This document shows positions 41,778 through 51,386 of a stretch of DNA of 64,000 nucleotides, piece after piece. The notes under the pieces were generated by a model. The model ran no database searches. It worked only from the letters and a program-made list of their open reading frames with translations, and was not told the DNA's origin. How positions within the stretch are numbered: position 1 is the first letter of the stretch; each line of letters starts with the position of its first letter. This DNA comes from Candidatus Hydrogenedentota bacterium (lineage in GTDB: Bacteria; Hydrogenedentota; Hydrogenedentia; Hydrogenedentales; SLHB01). Location of the stretch: the NCBI GenBank assembly GCA_045863335.1, contig BTVY01000010.1:1-64000 (forward strand). The letters are read 5' to 3'. Both the position numbers and the translations under genes were made by a program.

Positions 41778-44015
41778 TCATCCTGCTTCGACTTCATCTT
41801 CGTCGCTCTCTTCCACTTCCACCAGTTCCGAGCGGCCGGCCATGTCGCGTTCATTGGCCCACATCAGGAATCGATCGATGCGGTCGAACACCTCTTCCGA
41901 ACCTTGGCCGTTGATGATGCCGTGGCGGTCATGGTCGAAATAGGTCAACTCCTTCTCGTGGGTGCCGAGCCGTTCGTAAATCCCCATGCCGCTCGTGGGA
42001 TCGACGATGGGATCGCGGTGGCTCTGCACCAGCAGCGTCGGAACGCAAACGTCGCCGAGGACTTCTTCCATGGCGCGCATGGCGCTGCCCAATTCCTTCA
42101 CGCCGGTGACCGGGTTGCGCGTGTAGTTGATGTGCTTGTTCTCCGGTGTATTTTCAACGTACTCCCAGTTACTTCCGCCTTTCCATCTGGACAGCAGACT
42201 GTTCATGGACACGATTGACGATGCGAACCGGGCCATGTAGTTGCGCAATTGCAACGGCGCGTTGATGGCGAAAACCGCCTTTATTTTGTCGCGCTTCTTA
42301 CCCGCTGCAAGGAGCGCGAGCACACCACCCGTGGAAAAGCCGCCGAGGATGATGTTATCGGTGAGACTTTTAATGATGGCGTAGCCGCGATTGACCGACT
42401 CGTACCATTCCTCCCACGGTGTCCGCGCCAGGTCCTCCGGCGACGTGCCATGACCGCGCAGACGCGCCACGTAAACCGCGTAGCCCTTTGCCTCGAAATG
42501 CTCCGCCAAGGTCCGCACTTCCAGCGGCGCGGCCATGTAGCCGTGGACCAGCAGAATTCCCGCCTTGAACCGTTTAGGCGCGAGGAGAAAGGGCCTGCCC
42601 ACTTCCGGTGGTTTGCTTTCCCCCGGTTTCGCAAACTCTGCGTAGTCGCGCTCGAAGATTTCCATATCTTCCAAAAGGAAGATCGAGCGAATCTTGCTCG
42701 ACAATACCGTGCGAGGCGTATGCGCCACATTGCGAATGAGATTGGTCAGAAGCGAAAGCGGCTCGATTTCATTTGCAATCACCGTGGTGAGTTCGTCCTT
42801 GCGAACGGTCTGGAACTCGCCGCGTCCGGGCCGCAACTGAAAGTTCTTGATATAGAAGTTGCCCTGGCGGCGCAGGATTCCGTCGTTGATGCAGAGTTCT
42901 ACGAAATCGTTGAACGCCTTGCTCGGGTCTTCGTAGATGATGTTGCGGTAGGATTGATCGAGCACGTGATGAAGGCGGTGCTGCCCGAGTTGTTTGATTT
43001 GATGCACGCACAGGAAGATGCGGTTTCGATAGGCGCGCTCTGTGAATTTGCGCGCCCGCTGATGGCGGATAATGGTCCCAAAGATATGGTCGTAGTTGAC
43101 CGTGGTGTTCCGGTAGATGTCCGCCATGTACCGGATCATTAACCGCCGCGCTGCTTCGTTGAAGGTGGATTCCGGGTCTTCTTCCAGCGGCGTGAGCCCC
43201 GCGCCTGGCGTGCCTTTCAAACGATCGAGATCGGGCGCTTGCAAGTACTCCCGTACGTCGATGGGTTCGCCGAAGGTCACGTCGATATCCGTGTCCTTGG
43301 AAAGCACCGTGCCTTCGACGGAAAGCTCTTCGAGCGCGCGACGGCTCAGGTCTTTCGCAATGCCCCGCGCGACGCGCAACACAATGTTCTCGTGCGCGCG
43401 GATCGGGAAGTAGGTTATGTTTACCGGAATGATCGCCGTGTGTTGTTCCAGCACGCGGTCCAGGGAGACGACGCAGAACTTCTCAAGCACGCTGGTCAGC
43501 TCTTCCTGCTCATCCGGATTGTCTTTCAGCAGGGCAAGCCGTTGCCGGTAAAACTCGGCGCGGAGCGCGAGCACGGCGGCTCCTGTATGCGGCGGCCGGC
43601 GCGTGCCCTTGCTGTACACCGTGAACATGCCCTGCGCGTCGACGACCTTCTTGTCCTTGATCATCCCGCCTTCGGGAAAGATGATCCACGGGTTTTCCCC
43701 GTTCAGCAGCGAACAAATGATCGTCCGGTCGCGGTCCGGATCCTTGGTGGAAACATTGCCCATGGAGAGCAGGTACTTTCCGATGCGGCCGACGAACAGT
43801 TCCGCCGCCGCAAGCGACCAGATTTCCTTGCCCGTCTGCCGGTTCAGGATATACGGCAGGAGAACCGTTTCCAGGCGCGTGAAATGATTGACCACGAAAA
43901 TGATGGCGAGGTCGTCGCGGATATTCTCCACGTTGTGCAGCCGGATGTTGGCCTTGATCAGTTTGGTCGCGATATCCAAAGTCCATTTCGAGGACTTGAC
44001 TGCAAACGCACCCAT
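41778..44015 (-). CDS. Fusion of a PlsC-like acyltransferase and an alpha/beta hydrolase (carboxylesterase/monoacylglycerol lipase-like)
   Basis: N-terminal NHFTRLE and IFPEGG; C-terminal LVHGY, RLRGHG, GFSTGG, DPIV and RHG. Confidence 0.85.
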   Translation of the reverse strand: MGAFAVKSSKWTLDIATKLIKANIRLHNVENIRDDLAIIFVVNHFTRLETVLLPYILNRQTGKEIWSLAAAELFVGRIGKYLLSMGNVSTKDPDRDRTIICSLLNGENPWIIFPEGGMIKDKKVVDAQGMFTVYSKGTRRPPHTGAAVLALRAEFYRQRLALLKDNPDEQEELTSVLEKFCVVSLDRVLEQHTAIIPVNITYFPIRAHENIVLRVARGIAKDLSRRALEELSVEGTVLSKDTDIDVTFGEPIDVREYLQAPDLDRLKGTPGAGLTPLEEDPESTFNEAARRLMIRYMADIYRNTTVNYDHIFGTIIRHQRARKFTERAYRNRIFLCVHQIKQLGQHRLHHVLDQSYRNIIYEDPSKAFNDFVELCINDGILRRQGNFYIKNFQLRPGRGEFQTVRKDELTTVIANEIEPLSLLTNLIRNVAHTPRTVLSSKIRSIFLLEDMEIFERDYAEFAKPGESKPPEVGRPFLLAPKRFKAGILLVHGYMAAPLEVRTLAEHFEAKGYAVYVARLRGHGTSPEDLARTPWEEWYESVNRGYAIIKSLTDNIILGGFSTGGVLALLAAGKKRDKIKAVFAINAPLQLRNYMARFASSIVSMNSLLSRWKGGSNWEYVENTPENKHINYTRNPVTGVKELGSAMRAMEEVLGDVCVPTLLVQSHRDPIVDPTSGMGIYERLGTHEKELTYFDHDRHGIINGQGSEEVFDRIDRFLMWANERDMAGRSELVEVEESDEDEVEAG

Positions 44016-44040
44016 GACTTCCCCTGGTAACTGTAATGGC

Positions 44041-44252
44041 TAACCCGCATTTCTCACCGACCCGCGTCGCCACCTTCGTGACAACGCATCAGAAGCGGTG
44101 AGAAACGCTCCCGAGTAAACCTTCAGGCTCACTGGTGAGGATTTCTCGCACGCACACAGTGTCAATTCAGATGGCTTGCCACATCCACGGAAACTTCTGC
44201 AACAATTGACATTAAGTATTCAACGATATGTGCGTGTGAGAAATCCGGGCTA
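44041..44252. mobile_element. Nested inverted-repeat element (IS-end remnant/MITE-like)
   Basis: Outer TAACCCGCATTTCTCAC / GTGAGAAATCCGGGCTA (15/17); inner GGATTTCTCGCACGCACA (44139) / TGTGCGTGTGAGAAATCC (44229) (17/18). Confidence 0.55.
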
Positions 44253-44325
44253 ACGACCGGTGTCTGTCGTCACTATACCGCAGGAATTCCAACGCGGCAA
44301 GACGCCGGCGCTGCGCTCGAACGGG

Positions 44326-44380
44326 ATTGTGGTGCAGGCTTCCAGCCTGCTTGAGAAGCTGGCCGAAAACCTGCACCAAA
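44326..44380. repeat. REP-like doublet (GTGG class)
   Basis: ATTGTGGTGCAGGCTTCCAGCCTGC plus a degenerate inverted partner; same family as 40257. Confidence 0.65.
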
Positions 44381-44423
44381 GAAAGTGATCTCTCGCGAAG
44401 CGGTCAACCAAACCTCGCAGGGC

Positions 44424-45122
44424 TTACGCAAGGTCGAACAGCAACACCTCCGAGTCTTCCGTCGCCCGGATCTCCAGATTGGTCTCGTCGCTGATAGCCG
44501 CGCCATCCGAGACGTTCAGCACTTCACCGTTAACGGTTACCGACCCGCGCAAGACTTGTATCCACGCGTGGCGGCCATCCGCGAGCGCGTGCGAAACTGC
44601 AGCGCCCGCATCGAGCGCGGCGAGGTATACCGACGCATCTTGATGGATCGTGAGCGCGCCGTTTTTCGCTTCGCGCGCCGCGACCAGCAGCAGGCGGTTA
44701 TGCTTGTCTTCATCGGAATATGCGCGTTCTTCGTAGCCGGGTTCGAGTCCATCCCGCTCGGGAAACAACCAAATCTGGTAGAGGTGGACCGGTTCCGTGT
44801 CCGACGCATTGAACTCGCTGTGGCGAATCCCCGATCCGGCGGTCATCCGCTGGAACATGCCGGGACCCAAGACTGATCCATTGCCCAGGCTGTCGCGATG
44901 TTCGAGTCCACCCTCCAAAACGTAGGTGAGAATCTCCATATCCTTGTGACCGTGTTCGCCGAAACCCTGACTTGGCTTCACGCGGTCCTCATTCATGACG
45001 CGCAGCGCGCGGAATCCCATGTGTTCCGGGTCGTGGTAGGCGCCAAAGGAAAACGTGTGGTTCGCATCCAGCCAGCCGTGGTTGAAATGACCACGTTCAT
45101 GCGATCGACGAATCGTAATCAT
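44424..45122 (-). CDS. Pirin family protein (YhhW-like)
   Basis: Motifs HGWL, HTFSF, FGEHGHKDMEI, HRDSLG, HSEFN and YQIW; RBS GAGGAGG. Confidence 0.93.
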   Translation of the reverse strand: MITIRRSHERGHFNHGWLDANHTFSFGAYHDPEHMGFRALRVMNEDRVKPSQGFGEHGHKDMEILTYVLEGGLEHRDSLGNGSVLGPGMFQRMTAGSGIRHSEFNASDTEPVHLYQIWLFPERDGLEPGYEERAYSDEDKHNRLLLVAAREAKNGALTIHQDASVYLAALDAGAAVSHALADGRHAWIQVLRGSVTVNGEVLNVSDGAAISDETNLEIRATEDSEVLLFDLA

Positions 45123-45189
45123 CGTAAGACCTCCTCGATTTGTGCTCTGCGGTTGATCGTTTGCCAAGCAAGCGTTGCCTACTACCGTG

Positions 45190-45606
45190 TTACTTGGCAG
45201 TCGCCTTTCGTGCATCCACGCTGAATGCGCCGGGGCCATGAGCGACGATCTGCAGCAGGCCACCCATGATGGCCAGATTCTTCATGAAGTTGATGGTCTG
45301 CATGCGAACCTGATCCGGTTCCACCGACCAGAAGGCGTGGAAGATGAGCGTTGCCGGGATGAGAAACACAATCAACGCCATCGCGCCCCAGCGCGACTTG
45401 AAGCCAGTCAGCACGGACAGACCGCCCACGAGTTCAAAGAGGATTGCCATGACAAGCAGGAATCCCGCGGCGGGCATCCCGTGGGAGGCCATGTAGCCGG
45501 TGGTGCCGGAGAAATCCGTGATCTTGCCAAAGCCGCTCATGAGAAAGATGGCGCTCAGCAGAATGCGTCCGGGCAGCGGCGCGTATCGGTTCAGTGCAGT
45601 GTCCAT
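45190..45606 (-). CDS. DoxX family membrane protein
   Basis: Motifs GRILLSAIF, ELVGG, FHAFW, FMKNLAIMGGLL and GPGAFSVD. Confidence 0.92.
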   Translation of the reverse strand: MDTALNRYAPLPGRILLSAIFLMSGFGKITDFSGTTGYMASHGMPAAGFLLVMAILFELVGGLSVLTGFKSRWGAMALIVFLIPATLIFHAFWSVEPDQVRMQTINFMKNLAIMGGLLQIVAHGPGAFSVDARKATAK

Positions 45607-45656
45607 ACGTTCCTCCTTTGTCTCCGCGGGACGGCCCGCGTCCAGGTTCAATTAGT

Positions 45657-45671
45657 TGTTTCAACAGGTAT
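45657..45671. promoter_or_regulatory. Putative MarR operator upstream of doxX
   Basis: TGTTTCAACAGGTAT, 13/15 identical to TGTGTCAACATGTAT at 46282-46296. Confidence 0.55.
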
Positions 45672-45749
45672 CGCCTTGCAGAAAAATCGGGACGGCTCCC
45701 GCTTACTGGTCAAATGGGCGAGCGCAGCAAAGGAAAAGGGAAACTTCCC

Positions 45750-46229
45750 CTATTTTTCACTTAGGTGCGGCTCACGTGCTTTGACCATGAGGCGGCTGAT
45801 GGTGGCCAGTTCAGTCGCGCTCATGTGGCCCAGCAGTTTCCGGTGCATCTCCCGAACCGGGCCGTCCAAGGTGGCCAAGGTGTCCAGGCCCGCCGGCGTG
45901 ATGTGGACATAGATGACGCGCCGGTCTACCTTGCAACGTTCCCGCCGGGCCAGTTTCAGCTTTTCCAACCGATCGATCAGCCGGGTCATGTCGGGCTCCC
46001 GGGCGACCATCCGGTCACCGATATCGTGCACCCGCGCGCCATGGTCGCCCGCGCCGCGCAGGATGCGGAGAATGTTGTAGAGCGGCGCGGAAAGGTTCTG
46101 CTCTTTCAGAAGCGCCGACGAGATCCCGGTAAGGACGCTGTGCGTGCGCATGATATTGAGCATCGCCTCGTCTTCAGGGCCCGCAAAGGCTTTGCGTTGT
46201 TTGATTTCGGTTTGCAGTGCCGAAGTCAT
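45750..46229 (-). CDS. MarR family transcriptional regulator
   Basis: Motifs YNILRIL, PDMTRLIDRLE and DRRVIYVHITPAG. Confidence 0.92.
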   Translation of the reverse strand: MTSALQTEIKQRKAFAGPEDEAMLNIMRTHSVLTGISSALLKEQNLSAPLYNILRILRGAGDHGARVHDIGDRMVAREPDMTRLIDRLEKLKLARRERCKVDRRVIYVHITPAGLDTLATLDGPVREMHRKLLGHMSATELATISRLMVKAREPHLSEK

Positions 46230-46260
46230 GATGTCCTCGCTTTCCGGTTGACTCAACGCA

Positions 46261-46296
46261 ATTATACCGTAAAACAGATAATGTGTCAACATGTAT
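46261..46296 (-). promoter_or_regulatory. Consensus sigma70 promoter of marR, with putative operator over the -35
   Basis: Minus strand TTGACA (46289-46284) - 17 bp - TATAAT (46266-46261). Confidence 0.85.
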
Positions 46297-46454
46297 GTGT
46301 TGCCGCGTTCCAACTCCCCCCCGAGCCGGGCCGTGGACTGGGATTGGACCCGCGTGATCTGGCAAGGTACGGTGGAATCCCCGCCAAAACGGGGATCGCA
46401 TACGTCTCGTGCCCGTAAAGTCCTTTCCAGGCAGAAAAAGCAAGGACATAGAAA

Positions 46455-47477
46455 ATGCCGTTGAAGATTGCCTTTGCCGGATTTCGTCACGGCCATATCA
46501 TGGCCTTGTACCGGTTGTTACTGGACCGTAGCGACGCCACCATCGTGGCGGCGTGCGAAGAGGACACAGAAGCGGCGGAGGCCGCCATGGACCAGGGGGT
46601 CCGCATCACACACCGCCGCTTCGCAAAAATGTTGTCCACGGTCGAGTGCGACGTCATCGCCTGCGGCGACTACTTCGCCATCCGCGGAGAGCGGCTCATC
46701 GCCGCGCTGGAGGCGGGCAAGCACGTCATCGGCGACAAACCGCTGTGCACGCGCCTCACCGAACTGGACCGGATTCAGGAACTGGCCCACAGCAAACACT
46801 TGAAGGTCGGTTGTCTGTTGGATCTGCCGAACCTGGGCCCCTACATCACCCTGCGCAACATGATTCAGAACGGCGCCGTCGGCGAAGTGCACACGATCAC
46901 GTTCCTGGGCATCCATCCCCTCAACTACGCCAAACGGCCCAAGTGGTATTTTGAACCCGGCAAGCACGGCGGCACGGTCAACGACATCGGCATCCACGCC
47001 GTCGACATTATTCCGTGGTTAACTGGGCGAAGCATAACCGGCATTACCGCAGCGCGAGGCTGGAACGCGCGGTTGCCTCAACACCCTGAATTTCAAGATG
47101 GCGGCACGTTGATGCTCCGGCTGGACAATGACGGGTGCGCTCTGGGCGACGTTTCCTATTTGAGCGCCGATACGACGGGGTACAAGAATCCCGCGTACTG
47201 GCGGTTCACCATAACCGGCTCTGCGGGACTCATCGAGACGGCATGCACGGACACGCTCGTACACCTGTACCGCCACGATTCCGAGAAGCCCATCGAAGAA
47301 CCCATCGCCGAACACGCGACCGGCGGTTTTTTCGAAGATTTCCTGCGCGACGTGGCAGACGAACCCAACCTGGGCGGACTCCACACGGAGCGGGTGTTGC
47401 ACAGTTCCAGAGTCACCCTTCTGGCCCAACAGGCAGCGGACACGGGGCAGTTTCCGGTAGACGTGCCCACAGGCTGA
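46455..47477 (+). CDS. Gfo/Idh/MocA family oxidoreductase
   Basis: Rossmann start IAFAGFRHGH, AGKHVIGDKP and GGTVNDIGIHAVD. Confidence 0.88.
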   Translation: MPLKIAFAGFRHGHIMALYRLLLDRSDATIVAACEEDTEAAEAAMDQGVRITHRRFAKMLSTVECDVIACGDYFAIRGERLIAALEAGKHVIGDKPLCTRLTELDRIQELAHSKHLKVGCLLDLPNLGPYITLRNMIQNGAVGEVHTITFLGIHPLNYAKRPKWYFEPGKHGGTVNDIGIHAVDIIPWLTGRSITGITAARGWNARLPQHPEFQDGGTLMLRLDNDGCALGDVSYLSADTTGYKNPAYWRFTITGSAGLIETACTDTLVHLYRHDSEKPIEEPIAEHATGGFFEDFLRDVADEPNLGGLHTERVLHSSRVTLLAQQAADTGQFPVDVPTG

Positions 47478-47592
47478 CCGCGAGACCGTCCTTCCTGACT
47501 CTCCCGTATCGCTCTCACCACCTTCGCTGAAACGCGGCCTGCCCCTGTAGTATACTTGGCCCTTTCGAGTGGTCGAGGGAGTATTCCGGAAA

Positions 47593-48309
47593 ATGAAGAC
47601 ACTGGTGTCGGTGGTCGTCCCGTTCTATAACGAAGAGGACAACGTACTCCCATTGGCAAACAAGGTCGCCGAGGTCTTCGCCGGCCTGCCGGACTACGAG
47701 TACGAGTGCCTCTTCGTCAATGACGGGAGCAAGGATGGCACCCGGGCCCGGTTAGACGGACTCGCGGAGCAGGATGCGCGAATCCGGCCCCTGCACCTGG
47801 TGGAAAACCGGGGCCAGTCGGCCGCCTTGGTGGCCGGGATGCGGCGCGCGAAGGGCGAGTTCATCCTGACGTTGGACGGCGATCTGCAGAACGATCCCTG
47901 CGATTTCCCGAAGATGCTGGAGTTGTTGAAAGACTTCGACTGCGTGTGTGGCTATCGGGCGAATCGCCAGGACACGTGGGTCCGCAAGATATCCAGCAGA
48001 ATCGGAAACGGCGTGCGGCGGATGATTCTGGACGACGGCATCCGCGACGCAGGCTGCGGCAGCAAGGGTTTCCGGCGCGCCTGCGTGGAGCACATCATCC
48101 CGTTCAACGGCGTCCACCGGTATTTTGCCGTGATGGTGCGGAACGGCGGGCTGACGCTGACCGAATGCCCAGTCACGCATCATCCCCGCGTGCATGGCAT
48201 TTCGAAGTATGGCATTCACAACCGCCTGTGGCGCGGTATCTACGACCTCATCGGCGTGGGCTGGCTGCGCCGGCGTTATGTAACCTTCCGTGTGGAAGGA
48301 GAGGACTGA
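47593..48309 (+). CDS. GT2 polyprenol-phosphate glycosyltransferase (ArnC/DPM1-like)
   Basis: Motifs VVPFYNE, VNDGSKD, GQSAAL, DGDLQND and DAGCG. Confidence 0.9.
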   Translation: MKTLVSVVVPFYNEEDNVLPLANKVAEVFAGLPDYEYECLFVNDGSKDGTRARLDGLAEQDARIRPLHLVENRGQSAALVAGMRRAKGEFILTLDGDLQNDPCDFPKMLELLKDFDCVCGYRANRQDTWVRKISSRIGNGVRRMILDDGIRDAGCGSKGFRRACVEHIIPFNGVHRYFAVMVRNGGLTLTECPVTHHPRVHGISKYGIHNRLWRGIYDLIGVGWLRRRYVTFRVEGED

Positions 48310-49014
48310 GTGAGCGCGTATCTATCCGACCCCGTCCTGTTGTTCTGGCTGATCCTGGGGGCGACAGGCGGCGTAATTTTCTACGGGCGTTTTTACGTTC
48401 AGTGGTGGGCTTCCGAGCGCCAGAAGCGCAGCGTGATGCCCATCGCCTTCTGGTACATGAGCAGCGTGGGCTCGCTCATGCTCTTGGCGTACGCGGTCCA
48501 CACCCAGTCCCCCGTGGGCGCGCTGGGCCAAAGCCTGAATATCGTCATCTACTCCCGCAACCTGGTCCATATCTGGCGTGAGAAGGGCAAGCTGACCTCC
48601 GCGGCGAATTGGGCGATTCATGGCGCCGTCGCGGTCATCTCAATCGTGGCCCTGGGCTTGGTGGCCCATATCTGGTTCTCCGAATACCGGCACACGCAGA
48701 CCGTCGCTGAGAACGAGGCCAATCAGATCTGGTTCTGGCTGGCTATCGGCGTGGCGGGTCAGGCGCTGTTTGCGTCGCGGTTCATCATTCAATGGATCGC
48801 TACCGAAGTGAAGCGGAAGAGCGTGATTCCCCATATTTTCTGGCACATCAGTGTTGTGGCGAGTGTGCTGCAACTCGCCTGCTTTTGGCAGCGGGGCGAA
48901 TGGATCTTCGCCCTGGGCATGATTGCGAATATCCTCGTGTACAGCCGCAATCTCTGGTTCATCTACCGGCATCCGGAGGAGTCGCAGGCCAGCCAAGCCG
49001 GAATGGCCCAGTGA
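48310..49014 (+). CDS. Lipid-A-disaccharide synthase N-terminal (LAB_N) tandem-domain membrane protein
   Basis: Two RFxxQWxxxExxxxSVxPxxFW repeats. Confidence 0.85.
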   Translation: MSAYLSDPVLLFWLILGATGGVIFYGRFYVQWWASERQKRSVMPIAFWYMSSVGSLMLLAYAVHTQSPVGALGQSLNIVIYSRNLVHIWREKGKLTSAANWAIHGAVAVISIVALGLVAHIWFSEYRHTQTVAENEANQIWFWLAIGVAGQALFASRFIIQWIATEVKRKSVIPHIFWHISVVASVLQLACFWQRGEWIFALGMIANILVYSRNLWFIYRHPEESQASQAGMAQ

Positions 49015-50987
49015 TGCTCAAGCACGTCCCACTGATCTTCGTACTCCTCTGCGGAGCGGTCCTCTTCGGTATCAACGTCTGGGGCTACAACCTATGGGCG
49101 CCCGATGAACCCCGCTTCGCTCAAGTCGCCCGAGAAATCCTCGACACGGGCGACTGGATCGTCATGCACGTGAACGGCGAGCCCTACTACGAAAAGCCGC
49201 CGCTCATGTTTTGGACCATCGCGCTTTTCTCCCTGCCCTTTGGCGACGTAACGGAATTGACCGCGCGCATGCCGTCCATCCTCGGCGCCCTGGCGACGCT
49301 CTTGCTGACCTTCCTGCTGGCGGAGCGCATGTACGGGAAACGCGTGGCCTTCGCCTCGTCCGTCGTCTTGATGACCATGGCCCTGTTCTGGTGGCAGGCA
49401 CGGACCGCCCAGATCGACATGTACCTAACCGCGTGGACCACGCTCACCCTGTTTGCCTTCTGGCGGCATTTCGAATCACGGGACACGAAATGGCTCATCG
49501 TCATGTACGGGGCCATCGCCGCGGCCGTATTTGCGAAGGGTCCGCCGGGAGTGGTGTTTCCGTTGTTGCTGGCCTTCACCTTCTACTGGCGCAAACGGGC
49601 GGAGCGGCGCTCTCTGCATCTGGTCGTCGGCATTGTCGCGGTGGCCATAGTCGTTGGCATCTGGCTAATCCCCGCATACTCCATGGCAGGCGGAGAAGAG
49701 ACGCGGCCCCACATGACCGAAGAAACCTCCGTCGGCATGATCGCGCAAAACCTCTACCGGCAGACCATCGGCCGATTCGTGTTGGGCGTCAGCAAAAAGC
49801 AGCCGCCCTGGTACTATCTCGAAAACCTGCCGGTGAACGTCTTCCCGTGGACCCTGTTTCTGCCTTGGATGCTCTACGCCGTATGGAAACGGCGCCATGA
49901 AGGTCCGGCCATGCGGCTGCTCTTGTGCTGGACGCTGCCGGCCATTCTGTTCTTCTCCATCAGCTCGGGAAAACGCGCCCTGTATCTCCTGCCCATTTTC
50001 CCGGCTATCGCCATCCTGTTCGGAACGACGCTGGTTGAACTCATGGACAGCGATCGGGAGAAGTGGCGGCGGCGCACCGGCTATGTCTGGGCGGCCATTA
50101 TGCTTTTACTCGGTCTGCCCGCGGTTCCGCTTGGCTATATGGCCGCAACTGGAAACCTGGATCGGTTCGACGCATTCCTCCAGTCGCAGGATTTGCCCAT
50201 GGCGATTACGGACCATGGCCTGACGGTTATCCTGACCATTCTGCCGCTGTGCGTGTGTGCGCTCTTCTTCTTCGTCCACGCGATCGTCAGCTCCCGGCGC
50301 ATGGAAGGGCGCATGCTTCCTTACGCCATGGCGGGCCACTTCGCAGGGCTCGCCGCGGTGCTTGCCGTCATCGTTTTTCCGTTCATCAATACCTTCAAAG
50401 GGGCTGAGAAATTCTGCGCACCGGTTCGGATGCTCGCGGAGCAGGGCGAGGATTTCCGGTTGTACTCGGTTGCCTTCTCCCGCGAGACCTACGTTTTCTA
50501 CTCCAAACATCACCATATCCCCTTCCTGGTAGACGAGTGGCCCTTGCCCGTTCCCGAAGGCCGGAATCCCGACGAAATCGCGATGCAACAGCGCGCAATG
50601 GGGGGCGTCCTTCGCGGCGCGACCCAGGACGTTCCCATCGCCGACATATCCTCGGTAACCGACGAGGAATTGGAAGCGTTGCGAGGGGCGTCCGAAGCCG
50701 CGTTTGCTTTTGCCTCGACCAAGTCGGACCTCGTGGAACCGTTTCGAGTGGCGGTCACGGAAGGGGTTCAGGACTTTCATGCGGACTTTGAGGGTGGTAC
50801 GCCCGCTTTCATGTATGTGCAAACCCAGGATTGGCGGTGGCTTCTGACGTTTGCGCCGGCCCTGCGCGAGTTGCCCATCGTAGGACATGAAGCGGTTGGG
50901 AGCCGTCAAGTTCTGCTCGTGGCAAACCAGGCGGGGGCGAGACTACTCCCGCCCGAATCCAGTAACGCTCATCGGCCCGGCGGGTAA
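49014..50987 (+). CDS. ArnT/PMT-like (GT-C) glycosyltransferase
   Basis: Motifs PDEPRF, YEKPPL, ARMPS, IDM, AKGP, PWYYL and KRALYLLP; GTGATG overlap with the upstream gene. Confidence 0.9.
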   Translation: MLKHVPLIFVLLCGAVLFGINVWGYNLWAPDEPRFAQVAREILDTGDWIVMHVNGEPYYEKPPLMFWTIALFSLPFGDVTELTARMPSILGALATLLLTFLLAERMYGKRVAFASSVVLMTMALFWWQARTAQIDMYLTAWTTLTLFAFWRHFESRDTKWLIVMYGAIAAAVFAKGPPGVVFPLLLAFTFYWRKRAERRSLHLVVGIVAVAIVVGIWLIPAYSMAGGEETRPHMTEETSVGMIAQNLYRQTIGRFVLGVSKKQPPWYYLENLPVNVFPWTLFLPWMLYAVWKRRHEGPAMRLLLCWTLPAILFFSISSGKRALYLLPIFPAIAILFGTTLVELMDSDREKWRRRTGYVWAAIMLLLGLPAVPLGYMAATGNLDRFDAFLQSQDLPMAITDHGLTVILTILPLCVCALFFFVHAIVSSRRMEGRMLPYAMAGHFAGLAAVLAVIVFPFINTFKGAEKFCAPVRMLAEQGEDFRLYSVAFSRETYVFYSKHHHIPFLVDEWPLPVPEGRNPDEIAMQQRAMGGVLRGATQDVPIADISSVTDEELEALRGASEAAFAFASTKSDLVEPFRVAVTEGVQDFHADFEGGTPAFMYVQTQDWRWLLTFAPALRELPIVGHEAVGSRQVLLVANQAGARLLPPESSNAHRPGG

Positions 50988-51126
50988 TGTATGGCAGGCA
51001 GGGTTATCCACCGATTGGACCAGCCATCGGCATCAGGGGTTTCGCCAAATCGGCTATTGCCAACCATAGATAGTGTTTGCCGACATTTGGAAGTTGCACA
51101 TCTAGCGGATGGCCGGGCGGGAATAC

Positions 51127-51156
51127 TTGACAAACCGAAACAAGATTGAGTAGCAT
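51127..51156 (+). promoter_or_regulatory. Putative sigma70 promoter of a small ORF
   Basis: TTGACA (51127-51132) - 18 bp - TAGCAT (51151-51156). Confidence 0.55.
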
Positions 51157-51209
51157 AACGAAAGCGTTGGGTCGCTGATCGTACATCTATTGAGAAGGAG
51201 GAACTGGAC

Positions 51210-51353
51210 ATGCCGAATTTTGACGCCATTTTTCAGAACTTGCTGGGATCGTTTGCTGACGCGTTGATTGTCAACCTCGGTGAGCTCGGCTATGCCGTGC
51301 TGCTGTGGCTCATCAATCTGCTGCTTCTGGTTGACGTTCCGACGCCGATCTAA
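51210..51353 (+). CDS. Unannotated 47-aa hydrophobic, acidic small protein
   Basis: MPNFDAIFQNLLGSFADALIVNLGELGYAVLLWLINLLLLVDVPTPI; strong RBS AAGGAGG; own putative promoter and terminator. Confidence 0.7.
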   Translation: MPNFDAIFQNLLGSFADALIVNLGELGYAVLLWLINLLLLVDVPTPI

Positions 51354-51386
51354 GCCTCAACAGAAACTACGCAGATTCAGATTTTG

